From: Sulfolobus acidocaldarius DSM 639
GTDB taxonomy: Archaea; Thermoproteota; Thermoprotei_A; Sulfolobales; Sulfolobaceae
Length of the DNA: 32,000 nt
Assembly: GCF_000012285.1 (NCBI RefSeq)
Contig: NC_007181.1
Location: 1,770,001 to 1,802,000 of the forward strand
Reading direction: 5' to 3'
Part shown: positions 9,386-18,953 of the stretch, piece by piece
How positions within the stretch are numbered: the stretch's first letter is position 1
How the letters are laid out: every line of letters begins with the position of its first letter
Translations under genes and position numbers: made by a program
The notes under the pieces: generated by a model
What the model was told of the DNA's origin: nothing
Seen by the model: only the letters and a program-made list of their open reading frames with translations
The model's database searches: none

Positions 9386-9781
9386 GACTTCTACCACAGC
9401 TTAAGTAATAACTTTATTTACTCTCCCCAATGAGGGATCTCATCTTAGGAAGGAAAATTTTTAAGATCTTCTCCAAGAAACGACTCCAGAGTGGATCTAC
9501 TGTTAGCGCAAAAACGTAGGTATAACTTACACCTTGTCTATTCGCTCGTGTATTCTTCTACCTTGCTTAATTCAATGTTAAATCAGAGGTTAATGAATTT
9601 CTACGAGAAAAATGAGAGAAACAAAAATATAGCGAACCAAAATTCAGTTGTGGTGTAATTTTAAAGTGCGATATGAGTTTGGGAATCGTCATGATATACT
9701 TGAGAAATCCGTTACTATGTTCTCATTTAACCATGGGGGATAGAAAAGAAGTTTATATATTAATAGGGCTAGTTACTAAAT

Positions 9782-10024
9782 ATGTTTGAAGAGAGCAGAG
9801 TCACCAGGAATTACCGAATAACAATACCAGCTACTATCAGGCAAAAACTGGGAATCAGGGTCGGTGATAAACTCATAGTGTATACCGAGGGTGATAAAAT
9901 AATACTGGTCAAAAAGAAGGGTGACTTAGTGTCCTTAAACCTAAAGTTAGGTAGGAAGTTTACTGATGAAGAGGTCAATAAAGTAATAGAGGAAGCAGGA
10001 GAGGAAGTTGGAGGGAGTTGTTGA
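9782..10024 (+). CDS. vapB: AbrB/SpoVT-type antitoxin (VapB)
   Basis: SpoVT/AbrB swapped-hairpin signature RITIPATIRQKLGIRVGDKL. 80 aa. TATA-like tttatatatta about 25 nt upstream. It overlaps the start of a PIN reading frame. Confidence 0.85.
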   Translation: MFEESRVTRNYRITIPATIRQKLGIRVGDKLIVYTEGDKIILVKKKGDLVSLNLKLGRKFTDEEVNKVIEEAGEEVGGSC

Positions 10025-10370
10025 CACCAATTTCGTCATAGATGGGATTTTCCTGAACCATATCTTTCATGAACAAGTACTAAAGGATGGAAAAAGTTAG
10101 ATAAAGCCTACTTGCCATTTATTAGTATAGTGGAAATTGCTTACTTCTTGGTGAAGAATGGGATTGAAGTCAGGAGCGTCATAGAGAGTACACTCAGTGA
10201 CCCTAAAGTGGAAGTTATCGAGAACATCCTTGAGGACTTGTATTTTGCAATAAGGAGTGAGCCAAGAAAATATGATGACTTTTAATGACTTCCTGATAAT
10301 TTCCACCACGAGGAGATTAGGGCTAAGTGTGTTAACGTTCGATAAAAAGCTAAAAAGTAAAATAAGTTAG
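10008..10370 (+). pseudogene. vapC: PIN-domain toxin VapC, disrupted by two frameshifts
   Basis: There are three PIN-like pieces. (1) Frame 0: (TTG)EGVVDTNFVIDG... to TAG at 10098-10100. (2) Frame 2, 10106-10282: AYLPFISIVEIAYFLVKNG...RKYDDF. (3) Frame 0 again, 10281-10370: FNDFLIISTTRRLGLSVLTFDKKLK. Together they make about 120 aa with all the expected acidic PIN positions. Confidence 0.75.
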
Positions 10371-10728
10371 CAATAAGTAGAGTGACACGAGATGTTGTTC
10401 CACTGTCTAAACCCTTTAGAGAGGAGTAAGAGTTCAATTGTCTCATCATGTTAATACCTCTTGAGTTCGAACCACTACAACGCTCTCAAGCCTTTTAACT
10501 TCCCCAATGTAGTCACAGAAACGAACCGTAAAACTGAATTCATGGTCAATTTAGCGTATTATAGTCCTGTTTTAGTAATCTGTCTAAGAGAGTAATACCT
10601 GTCTTTAATTAATTTCAACAGTCTAATAATTTTTTACTGTTGAATAATAAAATATTTAATATAATGAAATAGATATAATCTATCTGGTTACCATAAATTG
10701 TTAGGTAGAATTTAAATACGAACGTTAC

Positions 10729-12069
10729 GTGAATAACCCTTATATGGACAAGAGTGAAGCAAAAGGAGTACCAGAAGAGCCCAAACGTCATTTGAGTTTC
10801 ACAGATATTGTTTTCCTCTCCATAGGTGGACAGTCACCCTTCCTAAGCATATTGACTTACGGTGTCGTAGCCTTACTATATGCAGGTCTGTTTGGTCCAA
10901 TAGCCATTATTCTGGGCACACTACTTGTCTTGGTGAACGGGATGTCTGTCTATGAACTGTCTAAGAGGTTTACAAAGGAGGGTGGATATTACACTTATGC
11001 CTTCTATTCACTCAGCAAAAGGCTAGGATTTGAGACAGGTTGGATGTACATACTCTACTCAACTACTTATGGTGCAGGTTATGTTTTCGGTACTGCGTAT
11101 GTCCTATACCACGTGTTGAACATCAACCCCTGGATCGTGACACTAGGTGTAATGTCAATCTCCGCACTTCTCGGTATACTCGGAATAAAGATAAGCACAA
11201 AATACGCCATATTTGCTACTCTACTTGAGATAATAATGATGACTGCACTTGCAGTTCTCCTGATCCAATCAACTGGCTTCCACCTGTATAACCCCTTCAG
11301 TTTGAAGCTGAATTTAAGCCAATTAGCCATAGCAATCCTATTTGGATCAAGCATCCCAACAGGTTACGGGTCAATTGCTCCAATATCAGGTGAGACTAAA
11401 AACGCCAGGAATGTTATAAGTAAGGCTATTATAACAGTAATCCTGGTAGGTGGACTCCTGGCAGCCTTTGACGTATATGCTATAGGTACATATGTCTCTT
11501 ACTTCCACCTATCCATGAACAATGTGGATATCTTGACATTAATAAGGGACAGACTGGGTTTACTCACATTAGTATTTGTGCTATTCGCATCAATCAATGA
11601 CGGAATTGTGGGGAGCCTTGCGTTTCTGACTGCCACCTCACGGACAGTGTTCGCTATGGCTTCGTCAAACTTCTTACCGAAATTCTTTGCAAAGTTTGAA
11701 AGCTATAAGGGACCAGTGAGGGCAGTCCTCTTATCTGTTCTGATATACTTTGCCATAATCTCCGTGGGACTGTACTTCCTGAGAAGTATCTTCACAGCCT
11801 TCATACTTATATCCTCCGTAGCCTTGTTTGCCAACCTCTTTGTCCACTTGTCTGCTAACTTCTCCCTCATCAGGATATCCATAAAGAAAGTACTCAAGAG
11901 GAAAATACAGTTAATCGTAGGTGTTGCCTCAGCCCTTTACACAGTATACGAACTAATATACTCTATTGCAGGTTCAGTACCTATAGTAGTATACGTATTC
12001 ATGTCATGGATAATTATAGGTTTCCTGATAGCTGAGATCTACAGTATGATGGAGACTGAGAGTGAGTAG
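10729..12069 (+). CDS. APC-superfamily amino acid/polyamine permease
   Basis: 446-aa protein with about 12 hydrophobic segments and an APC-like N-terminal block FLSIGGQSP. tttaaata at 10711-10718 lies about 30 nt before the ATG at 10744, so the true start is probably 10744 (leaderless) rather than GTG 10729. Confidence 0.85.
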   Translation: MNNPYMDKSEAKGVPEEPKRHLSFTDIVFLSIGGQSPFLSILTYGVVALLYAGLFGPIAIILGTLLVLVNGMSVYELSKRFTKEGGYYTYAFYSLSKRLGFETGWMYILYSTTYGAGYVFGTAYVLYHVLNINPWIVTLGVMSISALLGILGIKISTKYAIFATLLEIIMMTALAVLLIQSTGFHLYNPFSLKLNLSQLAIAILFGSSIPTGYGSIAPISGETKNARNVISKAIITVILVGGLLAAFDVYAIGTYVSYFHLSMNNVDILTLIRDRLGLLTLVFVLFASINDGIVGSLAFLTATSRTVFAMASSNFLPKFFAKFESYKGPVRAVLLSVLIYFAIISVGLYFLRSIFTAFILISSVALFANLFVHLSANFSLIRISIKKVLKRKIQLIVGVASALYTVYELIYSIAGSVPIVVYVFMSWIIIGFLIAEIYSMMETESE

Positions 12070-12227
12070 TATATAAGGAGAAAAGACACACACCTGTCCT
12101 TCTCTCTAAACATTAAACCAGTTGTCTTCAATCCCTGGAGGGACAACTCCTAAGCCCCTCTGTATATAAATCTTTCTTAGCTCACCTCTAAGACGGAGTT
12201 TAATACGCCCTCACCCAGTACACTACC

Positions 12228-14474
12228 ATGGCAGTTACTAATTTCATACTGAGAAGGAAGTGGTTGATAATAGCTGTCTGGGTAGTTATTTTGATCCTTA
12301 TCACCCCAGCAGTGATGAACTACACCAAGTACATTTCCTACTCCACAGGGCAGAGCTTACCGTCTAACAGCGAGTCTGCGATAGTGAACAAGATTTTGAA
12401 CGGGACTTCTTATAACAACGATACTCTAATAGTAGTTGTCAAGGAAAACCCATTTACCCCTTACTCAGCAAACCAGTCACTCTCCTTCCAGAACTCAACG
12501 TTGTCTAAGAATATTCCATACCTGTCAAGTGTTCAGTCACCTTTCAGCGACTACATAAATTTCCTAACGGCTGTGCTTTCAGGTGTTTACCACAACACTA
12601 CCCTAGCCCACCAGTACTCAGTCAAGTACGTTGAACAGAACGGTCTGAAAGGGGCTCCCAGTTTCATCACCTCTAGGTATGTCAGCCCTGACAACACCAC
12701 ATTCCTCCTATTTCTGACATTCAATAAGTCATCTGGTTTCATACTACCAAACGGTGAAACCCCCTCTCAACAGGCTTACCCCGTGGTCAAAGACATCGCC
12801 CAAAAGTACTTCGGCGATAACGCCTCACTTACAGGTGAGGGGGCTATAGCCTATGAGACCCAACAGATAACCTCTAAGAACGCATTTGCCTTTGGCTTAG
12901 TGTTTATAATACTCGCCATTGCCGTAGGGATAACGTTAAGGTCTTACAAGGGTTCGCTAGTCTCTCTCCTGTTCATATCCGTAACCACGCTCATAGGCTA
13001 TTTTGCCATTTTTTTAGTGGGCGCCCTAGTCACTAATGTGGACTTCGTAGTTAACTATACCCTAACTGCAGTGTTGGTTGGTGTTACTACTGACTATGTT
13101 GTCTTCATCCTAGCTAGATTCAGACAGGAGTTGAGGGAGGGGAGGGAAGACAAAGCTGCTCTAGAGGTAGCCTCTAGTAAAGCTGGGAGGGCAGTCCTCA
13201 TAAGTGGGCTAACTGTGGGAATTAGCTTATTATCCTTCTCCTTAGTCCCCAACTTCCTGAGCTGGGGGCTAGTACTTTTCTCAGCTGTTGTAATATCGAC
13301 CGCGTTGATCTTAACACTGTTACCATCAATACTCGCTATTACTGGGAAGAGAGTTTTTACAAAAGGTGGGCTAAACACAGTGACGACAGAGAACCTTGAG
13401 AGATCTTGGTTCTACAGGGTGAGTGACCTCTCAGTCAGGAGAAAATACGTTGTGGCTGTAGTCATCTTGGCTTTAGCTATACCGGCTATCCTGTTCTTCC
13501 TAAACCTTCCCACTACCTATAACTTTAACGCAGGGTTACCATCAAGCCTTCCCTCAGTTAAGGCTTTGAACTTCATTGAGGACAAGTTTGGTGCCAATGA
13601 GCTTTACCCTATCATAGTCCTAATGAAAGTTAACGGTAGTAGTGATCTAAACTCCAACAACACAGCACTGAAAAACCAGATCATAGCAACAGCTAAGGAG
13701 ATACTCTCAACCCCTGGCATAACAAAGGTTTACGGACCATATGTTAATGGGCAGGAGATTGCAAACAACACAAACATCTCAGCGTTTGTCGTGGGTGGTA
13801 GCTACTTGTTGTTCACCGCTTACACTGAATACGACCCGTTCTCATCTAACGCAATACACACAGTTAACGCATTGAGACAGTACCACGACCTCCTAGTTGG
13901 TGGCTTGACTTCTTCAGTCATCGACCAGCAAGCTGAGACTACCCAAGACTTTACAGAGTTAGAAGTGTTGATAACACTATTTGTAGCCCTGATCATTGGC
14001 ATATCCTTTAAGTCCTGGAAGTTCCCCCTGATCTCCATTTCAGGTGTGCTGATAAGTATAACCTGGGCGACAGGGCTCCTCTACTTGATCTCTAGGTTTG
14101 TCCTGAACCAAGCCCTTATCTACCTTATACCAGTAATACTCTTCGTTATACTGATGAGTTTAGGAAATGACTACACTGTGTTCATAATATCAAGGGTAGT
14201 CGAGGATATGCAGGAACACGGAGAGAAGAGGGGGATTCAGCTTGCCATATCGAGGACGGGAATAGTAGTCACCTCTCTGGGACTAATACTTGCTGCGTCA
14301 TTGGGTGCACTAGCCTTAATCCCCATTGGGTTCCTTGAGCAGTTGGGCATAGCGTTCATAATATCGCTTTTGATAGACACGTTTGTGATAAGGACGATCT
14401 ATTTCCCTGCGATGCTTTCAATACTTAAGGTTAAGAGGAAGAGTGAGACAAGGAAGGGAAGGGTGATGGACTGA
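12228..14474 (+). CDS. MMPL/RND-superfamily membrane transporter
   Basis: 748 aa. The architecture is duplicated: one TM helix, a large extracytoplasmic loop, then a 5-TM bundle, twice. The second bundle carries the MMPL-like block LGNDYTVFIISR. Confidence 0.85.
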   Translation: MAVTNFILRRKWLIIAVWVVILILITPAVMNYTKYISYSTGQSLPSNSESAIVNKILNGTSYNNDTLIVVVKENPFTPYSANQSLSFQNSTLSKNIPYLSSVQSPFSDYINFLTAVLSGVYHNTTLAHQYSVKYVEQNGLKGAPSFITSRYVSPDNTTFLLFLTFNKSSGFILPNGETPSQQAYPVVKDIAQKYFGDNASLTGEGAIAYETQQITSKNAFAFGLVFIILAIAVGITLRSYKGSLVSLLFISVTTLIGYFAIFLVGALVTNVDFVVNYTLTAVLVGVTTDYVVFILARFRQELREGREDKAALEVASSKAGRAVLISGLTVGISLLSFSLVPNFLSWGLVLFSAVVISTALILTLLPSILAITGKRVFTKGGLNTVTTENLERSWFYRVSDLSVRRKYVVAVVILALAIPAILFFLNLPTTYNFNAGLPSSLPSVKALNFIEDKFGANELYPIIVLMKVNGSSDLNSNNTALKNQIIATAKEILSTPGITKVYGPYVNGQEIANNTNISAFVVGGSYLLFTAYTEYDPFSSNAIHTVNALRQYHDLLVGGLTSSVIDQQAETTQDFTELEVLITLFVALIIGISFKSWKFPLISISGVLISITWATGLLYLISRFVLNQALIYLIPVILFVILMSLGNDYTVFIISRVVEDMQEHGEKRGIQLAISRTGIVVTSLGLILAASLGALALIPIGFLEQLGIAFIISLLIDTFVIRTIYFPAMLSILKVKRKSETRKGRVMD

Positions 14475-14777
14475 AGTCTTAATGTGTTTCTACAAAACTG
14501 TTTTCCCATACACTGTTGTTCCTTCGTTTTATCGAAAATCGAGGTCAGGTGTAGTGAATTTGCCCTTAGTTACCTGTGGATCTTGACGAAAGTTAGGTCA
14601 TGGGACTCCTTTGAGCCGAATGGCACGGCTCATACATGTCCACTACCCACTTCAGGGACAGAGCTCCCATCAGATAAGTAATCACCTACACACGATAAAA
14701 ATGACTTCAAAGAGACTTGTCAATAAAAAGGGTATAAAGACGAACAAGTGCCCATATACTTAACTTAAACTAGAGAG

Positions 14778-15683
14778 TTATAGCGGGATTTTATACATGT
14801 CGTACTTCCACATGACCACATCTAGGTACCCAGGAATGATCCGATTAATATGTTTCCAAGTTTTCTCGCCACAGTGGTAATAAGGAAAACTTAGCTGAAA
14901 CAATGACTGACTTTTTATCTGGTCTTCGGCGAGCTTAAACACGCAGTTCCAGAAGTCCTTTAACCTCTCCTTTTCGCGGTCGGTAATATTCTTACTATTA
15001 GGACTATGTCCGAATAACCTAGCGTAAGTGAAATGATGAATATGAGTATCAACAGCTACTGGAATATTCTCAGGGTCACTGATCTTGAACAGACCCAAGC
15101 TCCACATAACTCTTAAGTAGAAGGCAGATAGTTTGGAACCTCCTAGTCCTCTAAACTCTTCAACTTGTTCCAACACCTCATATACAGACTTCTCCCTATC
15201 AGTTATGTTTCTGGGGTCAGAGTTAAAACGAGCTTGGAGCTTTTCTGCTATATCTATCCAATAACCAGCACCGTATTTTGGTGACCTCGGTCTTACCATA
15301 CTCCTTAATATTTCACTCAAATCGTCTTGCTTGTTCTTATAGCCCGTAATGACTTCAGGGTAAAATAGTCCATAGGGTACGGTAGGGTATCTAGTACTCT
15401 TGTTCATTGAGACCTCATATAGCTTTCTGAGGTTCTCCCACAGTTTGTCAGAGTCAGTCATGTAATCTAAAGCTACACCGAAAGTGAAATAAAGAGAAGC
15501 CTCTTTACTGCACATCTCTAGTCCTTTAGGGAGGGTATATTCAGGCGGAATAATTATACTCTTATTTTCTTGTGTCCCTTGTATTACTTCAGGCAACTTG
15601 CTAAACTCACTAACAGCTACCCTAGCTATCTTTATGGCTATATCCTTAGCCTTGTCTAATCTGGAGTTAAGATTGAAACTCAT
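14778..15683 (-). CDS. Divergent HhH-GPD superfamily protein (EndoIII/AGOG-like putative DNA glycosylase)
   Basis: 301-aa ORF. Residues 177-224, FRGLGGSKLSAFYLRVMWSLGLFKISDPENIPVAVDTHIHHFTYARLF, resemble the E. coli EndoIII HhH-to-Asp block GVGRKTANV...IAVDTHIFRVCNRTQF, including Lys (K184) and Asp (D212). No C-terminal 4-Cys Fe-S cluster loop. Confidence 0.55.
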   Translation of the reverse strand: MSFNLNSRLDKAKDIAIKIARVAVSEFSKLPEVIQGTQENKSIIIPPEYTLPKGLEMCSKEASLYFTFGVALDYMTDSDKLWENLRKLYEVSMNKSTRYPTVPYGLFYPEVITGYKNKQDDLSEILRSMVRPRSPKYGAGYWIDIAEKLQARFNSDPRNITDREKSVYEVLEQVEEFRGLGGSKLSAFYLRVMWSLGLFKISDPENIPVAVDTHIHHFTYARLFGHSPNSKNITDREKERLKDFWNCVFKLAEDQIKSQSLFQLSFPYYHCGEKTWKHINRIIPGYLDVVMWKYDMYKIPL

Positions 15684-16306
15684 TATGTAATTTTATAGAG
15701 AGATCAAATTTATTAATTTTATTCTTTTACTAATTAAAGATGTTTAGGGTAAAAATGATCAGTGAATATTTATTATTTTATTACTTTAAGTAAATCAAGA
15801 TCATCAAACCTAAAGATCACGGCATCTTGCGAGGTTACTTGACTTAGAAAAATATCTACACTTATCTTCACTAGTTTCTTCCTATGTCTCAACTAGATAA
15901 AAGGGTATGAGGGCTCCTAAAGTGATTCTCTATCTAAAGAAAGAGTTTCTCTTAAAACTCTTCATGACCAGCTCTCTGTTATAGCCTATACATGATGCAA
16001 GAATTGAGCGTATTTCAATCCTGCATAACTTATACGCCCTTAACACGCCTCTCGATTACGTTATCGAATATGATAAGTAGATACTTCATGGGGATATACC
16101 CTATAAAATTTTAAAGGACTCTCTTAGTACCTATGCTTCACTTGCTTGACTTAAACACTTTTTACTTCATTATAATAGAGTCCTTTTCTTATCATCAAAG
16201 TTCTTAATGAACTTCTCCGTAGAGAAATGGGAAAGTAAATAGTTAAAATGTTCATTACTGACCTCTTCTACTCAATAATTAAAGTTCTATATAAAAATGA
16301 ATACGG

Positions 16307-16584
16307 CCTTCAATTTCTTATGGGACTTTTAAATGTGGCTCTCAACATTCATTCAAATGATATATACTTACTTTCAATCCCTTATGGGATTCTTCCTACC
16401 TTTTGAGATGCTTTCACCGATCTATGTTAAAGCAAACTTTCAATCCCTTATGGGATTCTTCCTCGTTTTCAATAAATGTCTATAGGGATGAATGTGACTT
16501 TCAATCCCTTATGGGATTCTTCGATACGTTGCAGGCAGATGATGAGAGATGATGATATGCTTTCAATCCCTTATGGGATTCTTC
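16307..16584 (-). CRISPR. Orphan mini-CRISPR array: 4 identical 25-nt repeats plus 1 degenerate terminal repeat
   Basis: CTTTCAATCCCTTATGGGATTCTTC occurs at 16371-16395, 16437-16461, 16498-16522 and 16560-16584. A degenerate copy (about 5 mismatches) lies at 16307-16331. Spacers are 39, 41, 36 and 37 nt. The reverse complement GAAGAATCCCATAAGGGATTGAAAG ends in the ATTGAAAG crRNA tag. With the degenerate repeat at the low-coordinate end, this implies minus-strand transcription. Confidence 0.9.
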
Positions 16585-16900
16585 TGATGTATTTATTATT
16601 CCCTTATCCTAAATTTGACGTTCTTGTTAATAAACTTTTGCTTAAGCCCCTAACTTAATCATGCGACCTTGAATCCTAGTAATTATGTTTAGGTCTTTTG
16701 GTCGCATAGTGCTTAACTAGAGTTGAAAGATGGTTGTGCATTTATAAATGTTAAGGGGTTGTGACTAAGTTGGGATAGGTTGCATTGAGACTCGAAAAAT
16801 GACGTTTATAAACCTTATGACGAAATCGAAAATTATGGTAAGATTACACCTAGTATTAACTACTTAAATCGTAAGGTCACCTTGAAAAGTTTTTCATAAT
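16585..16900 (-). promoter_or_regulatory. Probable CRISPR leader (extent uncertain)
   Basis: AT-rich non-coding DNA abuts the intact-repeat end of the array and is opposite the degenerate repeat. It contains several TTTATAAA-type boxes (about 16744, 16805, 16944). The boundary is not defined by the sequence alone. Confidence 0.4.
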
Positions 16901-18051
16901 TTTCTTTGCTCATAGTATAATTTTTCAAAAGACGTTCATAGTAGTGTTTATAAATAAATTTATAAATTCCCTTCTTTTATCTAAAATTAAACAACCTCTA
17001 TTACTGAAAAGTATTTAGAAGGAAACTTAATCTCTCCTACATGAAAATTTCCCTCGATGTACCAAAACAAGAGGGGAATCGGCATTTCATATATCAGTCT
17101 ATAAATCACACTATCATCTCTCTCCTTTTCGTCGATTCATCTTATTTTAATGACCCACAGTCTGGAGATACTTCTCTGTAAATGTAGCCTGAAAGGGGAT
17201 CTATTGTTTGAAGAGAATATGGAGTATGTGTTGAAGAACTTAAAGTTTGCAATACTATTATTAAAGGAAGTGTTTAATGTCAAAGAGGTAAGGGTAGTAA
17301 TGGACAAAACCATCTAAATGGGATTAAATAAGGAGGAGCCCATCGATATACCTCCATTATAGCAATGAATGGTTATAAGTCCACAAACTATAGACATGAA
17401 ATTCTACGATAAACTCAGGGAAAAGTTTAAGGCATATATTACACCGTCCTGAAGATAGACTAACTTCTGATCTTCCGCAACTAAGGGTCCTCCTATGGAG
17501 GAATTTGATCTCCCTAAGGCTTCGTCAACCGCAGGAGAGCTAAGTAACTTGTGTTTGTAAGAAACAACTTCTCTACGACCGTCAATACACTTTTAATGAC
17601 TTAGAACACTCCTAGAATTTATGGAGTAAAGTAGCTTAATCTTGACTACATAATAAGAGGGATGATGGAGTTCACTTGCGTAAAAATAAGGAGTTAGAGA
17701 GTTGAACATACTTGTTAAAAAAGGGACTACACAACGGTGTAAGTAAAATTGTGTTTAAGTATAACGAATGCTACACTCAACACGAAAGGTTTAGACGAGA
17801 CGGACCATATATTCCTGTCTTAATAAGTCAGTTAACTCCCATGTGTAATTATGGTGTGTGGTAAAAAATAACTTTTTATTGTGAAGTTTAAGTCCACCTA
17901 GTCTTAACAGGGAAAATCAAATGAAAATTCTCCGTTGTACACTAGATATGTCAGTGTCATAACTCATAGTCTCTTAAAGTCTCTCATGGTCCACCACGGT
18001 GTCATACCGTTTTGTTTTTATCAGTAGTGTGGTTTTTCCTTATCGTCCGTA

Positions 18052-18066
18052 AACTTATAAGGTATA
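18052..18066 (+). promoter_or_regulatory. TATA-like promoter of the R-M operon
   Basis: ttataagg at 18055-18062 is centred about 27 nt upstream of the ATG at 18086. A GGAG at 18072-18075 could alternatively act as an SD. Confidence 0.45.
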
Positions 18067-18085
18067 TTAAAGGAGTTATTCTCAT

Positions 18086-18946
18086 ATGATTAAAGTAATA
18101 TTTGGCGACTCAAGAAACATGAGCGAAGTTGAGGACAAGAGCATAGGACTAGTTCTGACTTCTCCTCCTTATTATAACGCCCCCTTTGACTTTCCCGACC
18201 TGTTCCCTAGTTATGAGGAGTATTTGAATTTACTAAGGGACGTTGGCAAAGAGCTATACAGGGTATTGGATGACGGTAGAGTGGCTGTTTTCGTTACCTC
18301 AGATGTTAGGATTGAAGGAGTGCTCTACCCTATTGTTGCTGACCTAATAAGAATAATGACAGACCTTGGCTTCAAGTACCAAGAGCGTATAATATGGAAG
18401 AAGCCTGAGGGTTACATAAGGATAAGTAGGAGGAGTGGTGTTTTAATACAGCACCCTTATCCACTATACTACTACCCCGATAACGTGTATGAGGACATAG
18501 TAGTTTTCAAAAAGCCTGGAAAGTTCCACACTACTAACCAAGAAAAAAGCAAGATAGACGTGAACAAGTTCCAGAAGGAAAAGTGGTACCTCAACGTGTG
18601 GGAGATTACTAACGTACTTCCAAACAACAAATACTCAAAGTTCACTGCACCCTTCCCTGAAGAACTCGCTAATAGGATTGTCACCCTATATTCCTATGTG
18701 GGGGACACAGTACTTGACCCATTTGCAGGGACTGGGACTACACTGTACGTGGCTAGGATATTAAGTAGAAATGCAGTGGGATATGAGATAGACCTGGAGT
18801 TAAAGGAAGTGATCAGGGAGAGGGTTGGGCATCCTACCTTATTTGACAACCATGAGGTCGTATTCGTGGAGAGGAGTGACGCTAAGAGGCTTAGGACTAA
18901 GCTGAGGGAAAAAATAAACGAAAAGTTAGAAAAGAAATCTCAGTGA
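18086..18946 (+). CDS. Beta-class N4/N6 DNA methyltransferase (SPPY motif, probably N4-cytosine)
   Basis: Catalytic motif IV TSPPYY (residues 25-30) lies N-terminal to the AdoMet motif I DPFAGTGTT (residues 211-219). APFPEEL precedes motif I. This is the beta-class order typical of PF01555 enzymes. Confidence 0.92.
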   Translation: MIKVIFGDSRNMSEVEDKSIGLVLTSPPYYNAPFDFPDLFPSYEEYLNLLRDVGKELYRVLDDGRVAVFVTSDVRIEGVLYPIVADLIRIMTDLGFKYQERIIWKKPEGYIRISRRSGVLIQHPYPLYYYPDNVYEDIVVFKKPGKFHTTNQEKSKIDVNKFQKEKWYLNVWEITNVLPNNKYSKFTAPFPEELANRIVTLYSYVGDTVLDPFAGTGTTLYVARILSRNAVGYEIDLELKEVIRERVGHPTLFDNHEVVFVERSDAKRLRTKLREKINEKLEKKSQ

Positions 18947-18953
18947 GAGAAGA

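Noticed and set aside
10097-10309. 70-aa minus-strand ORF
   Set aside because: It lies antisense to the clearly PIN-like (frameshifted) vapC sequence on the + strand and has no motif of its own. It is a shadow frame.
10455-10480. tRNA T-arm-like string gagttcgaaccac
   Set aside because: The flanking bases do not form a T-stem, and no acceptor, D or anticodon arms can be drawn. No tRNA was found anywhere in the window.
4967-13378. Antisense ORFs inside confident genes (4967-5206, 6448-6744, 7295-7576, 7670-7939, 11040-11228, 11079-11354, 11703-11897, 13094-13378; also 13820-14038, 18472-18684, 21817-22252, 22959-23894, 25560-25865, 27036-27566 and 29693-30028)
   Set aside because: Each is fully nested in or opposite a gene with strong family motifs. 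Their S/L/P/T-rich compositions are typical of shadow frames, and none has a promoter or recognisable domain.
14484-14681. 65-aa + strand ORF after the MMPL gene
   Set aside because: It has a Cys/Ser/Phe-rich composition, no TATA box at the right distance and no recognisable motif. It is probably a chance ORF in the intergenic region.
16013-16021. tttcaatcc, matching the first bases of the CRISPR repeat about 290 bp beyond the degenerate terminal repeat
   Set aside because: Only 9 nt match, the rest of the repeat is absent, and the position is off the ~62-66 nt array periodicity. It cannot be distinguished from chance.
16476-16658. 60-aa + strand ORF in the ORF track
   Set aside because: It reads straight through CRISPR repeats 3 and 4 and their spacers, so it is an artefact of the array.
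16640-16710. Inverted repeat atgcgacc...ggtcgcat with a 31-nt spacer in the putative CRISPR leader
   Set aside because: 8-bp arms with a free spacer length are expected many times by chance in a window this size, so this is not evidence for a structured element.
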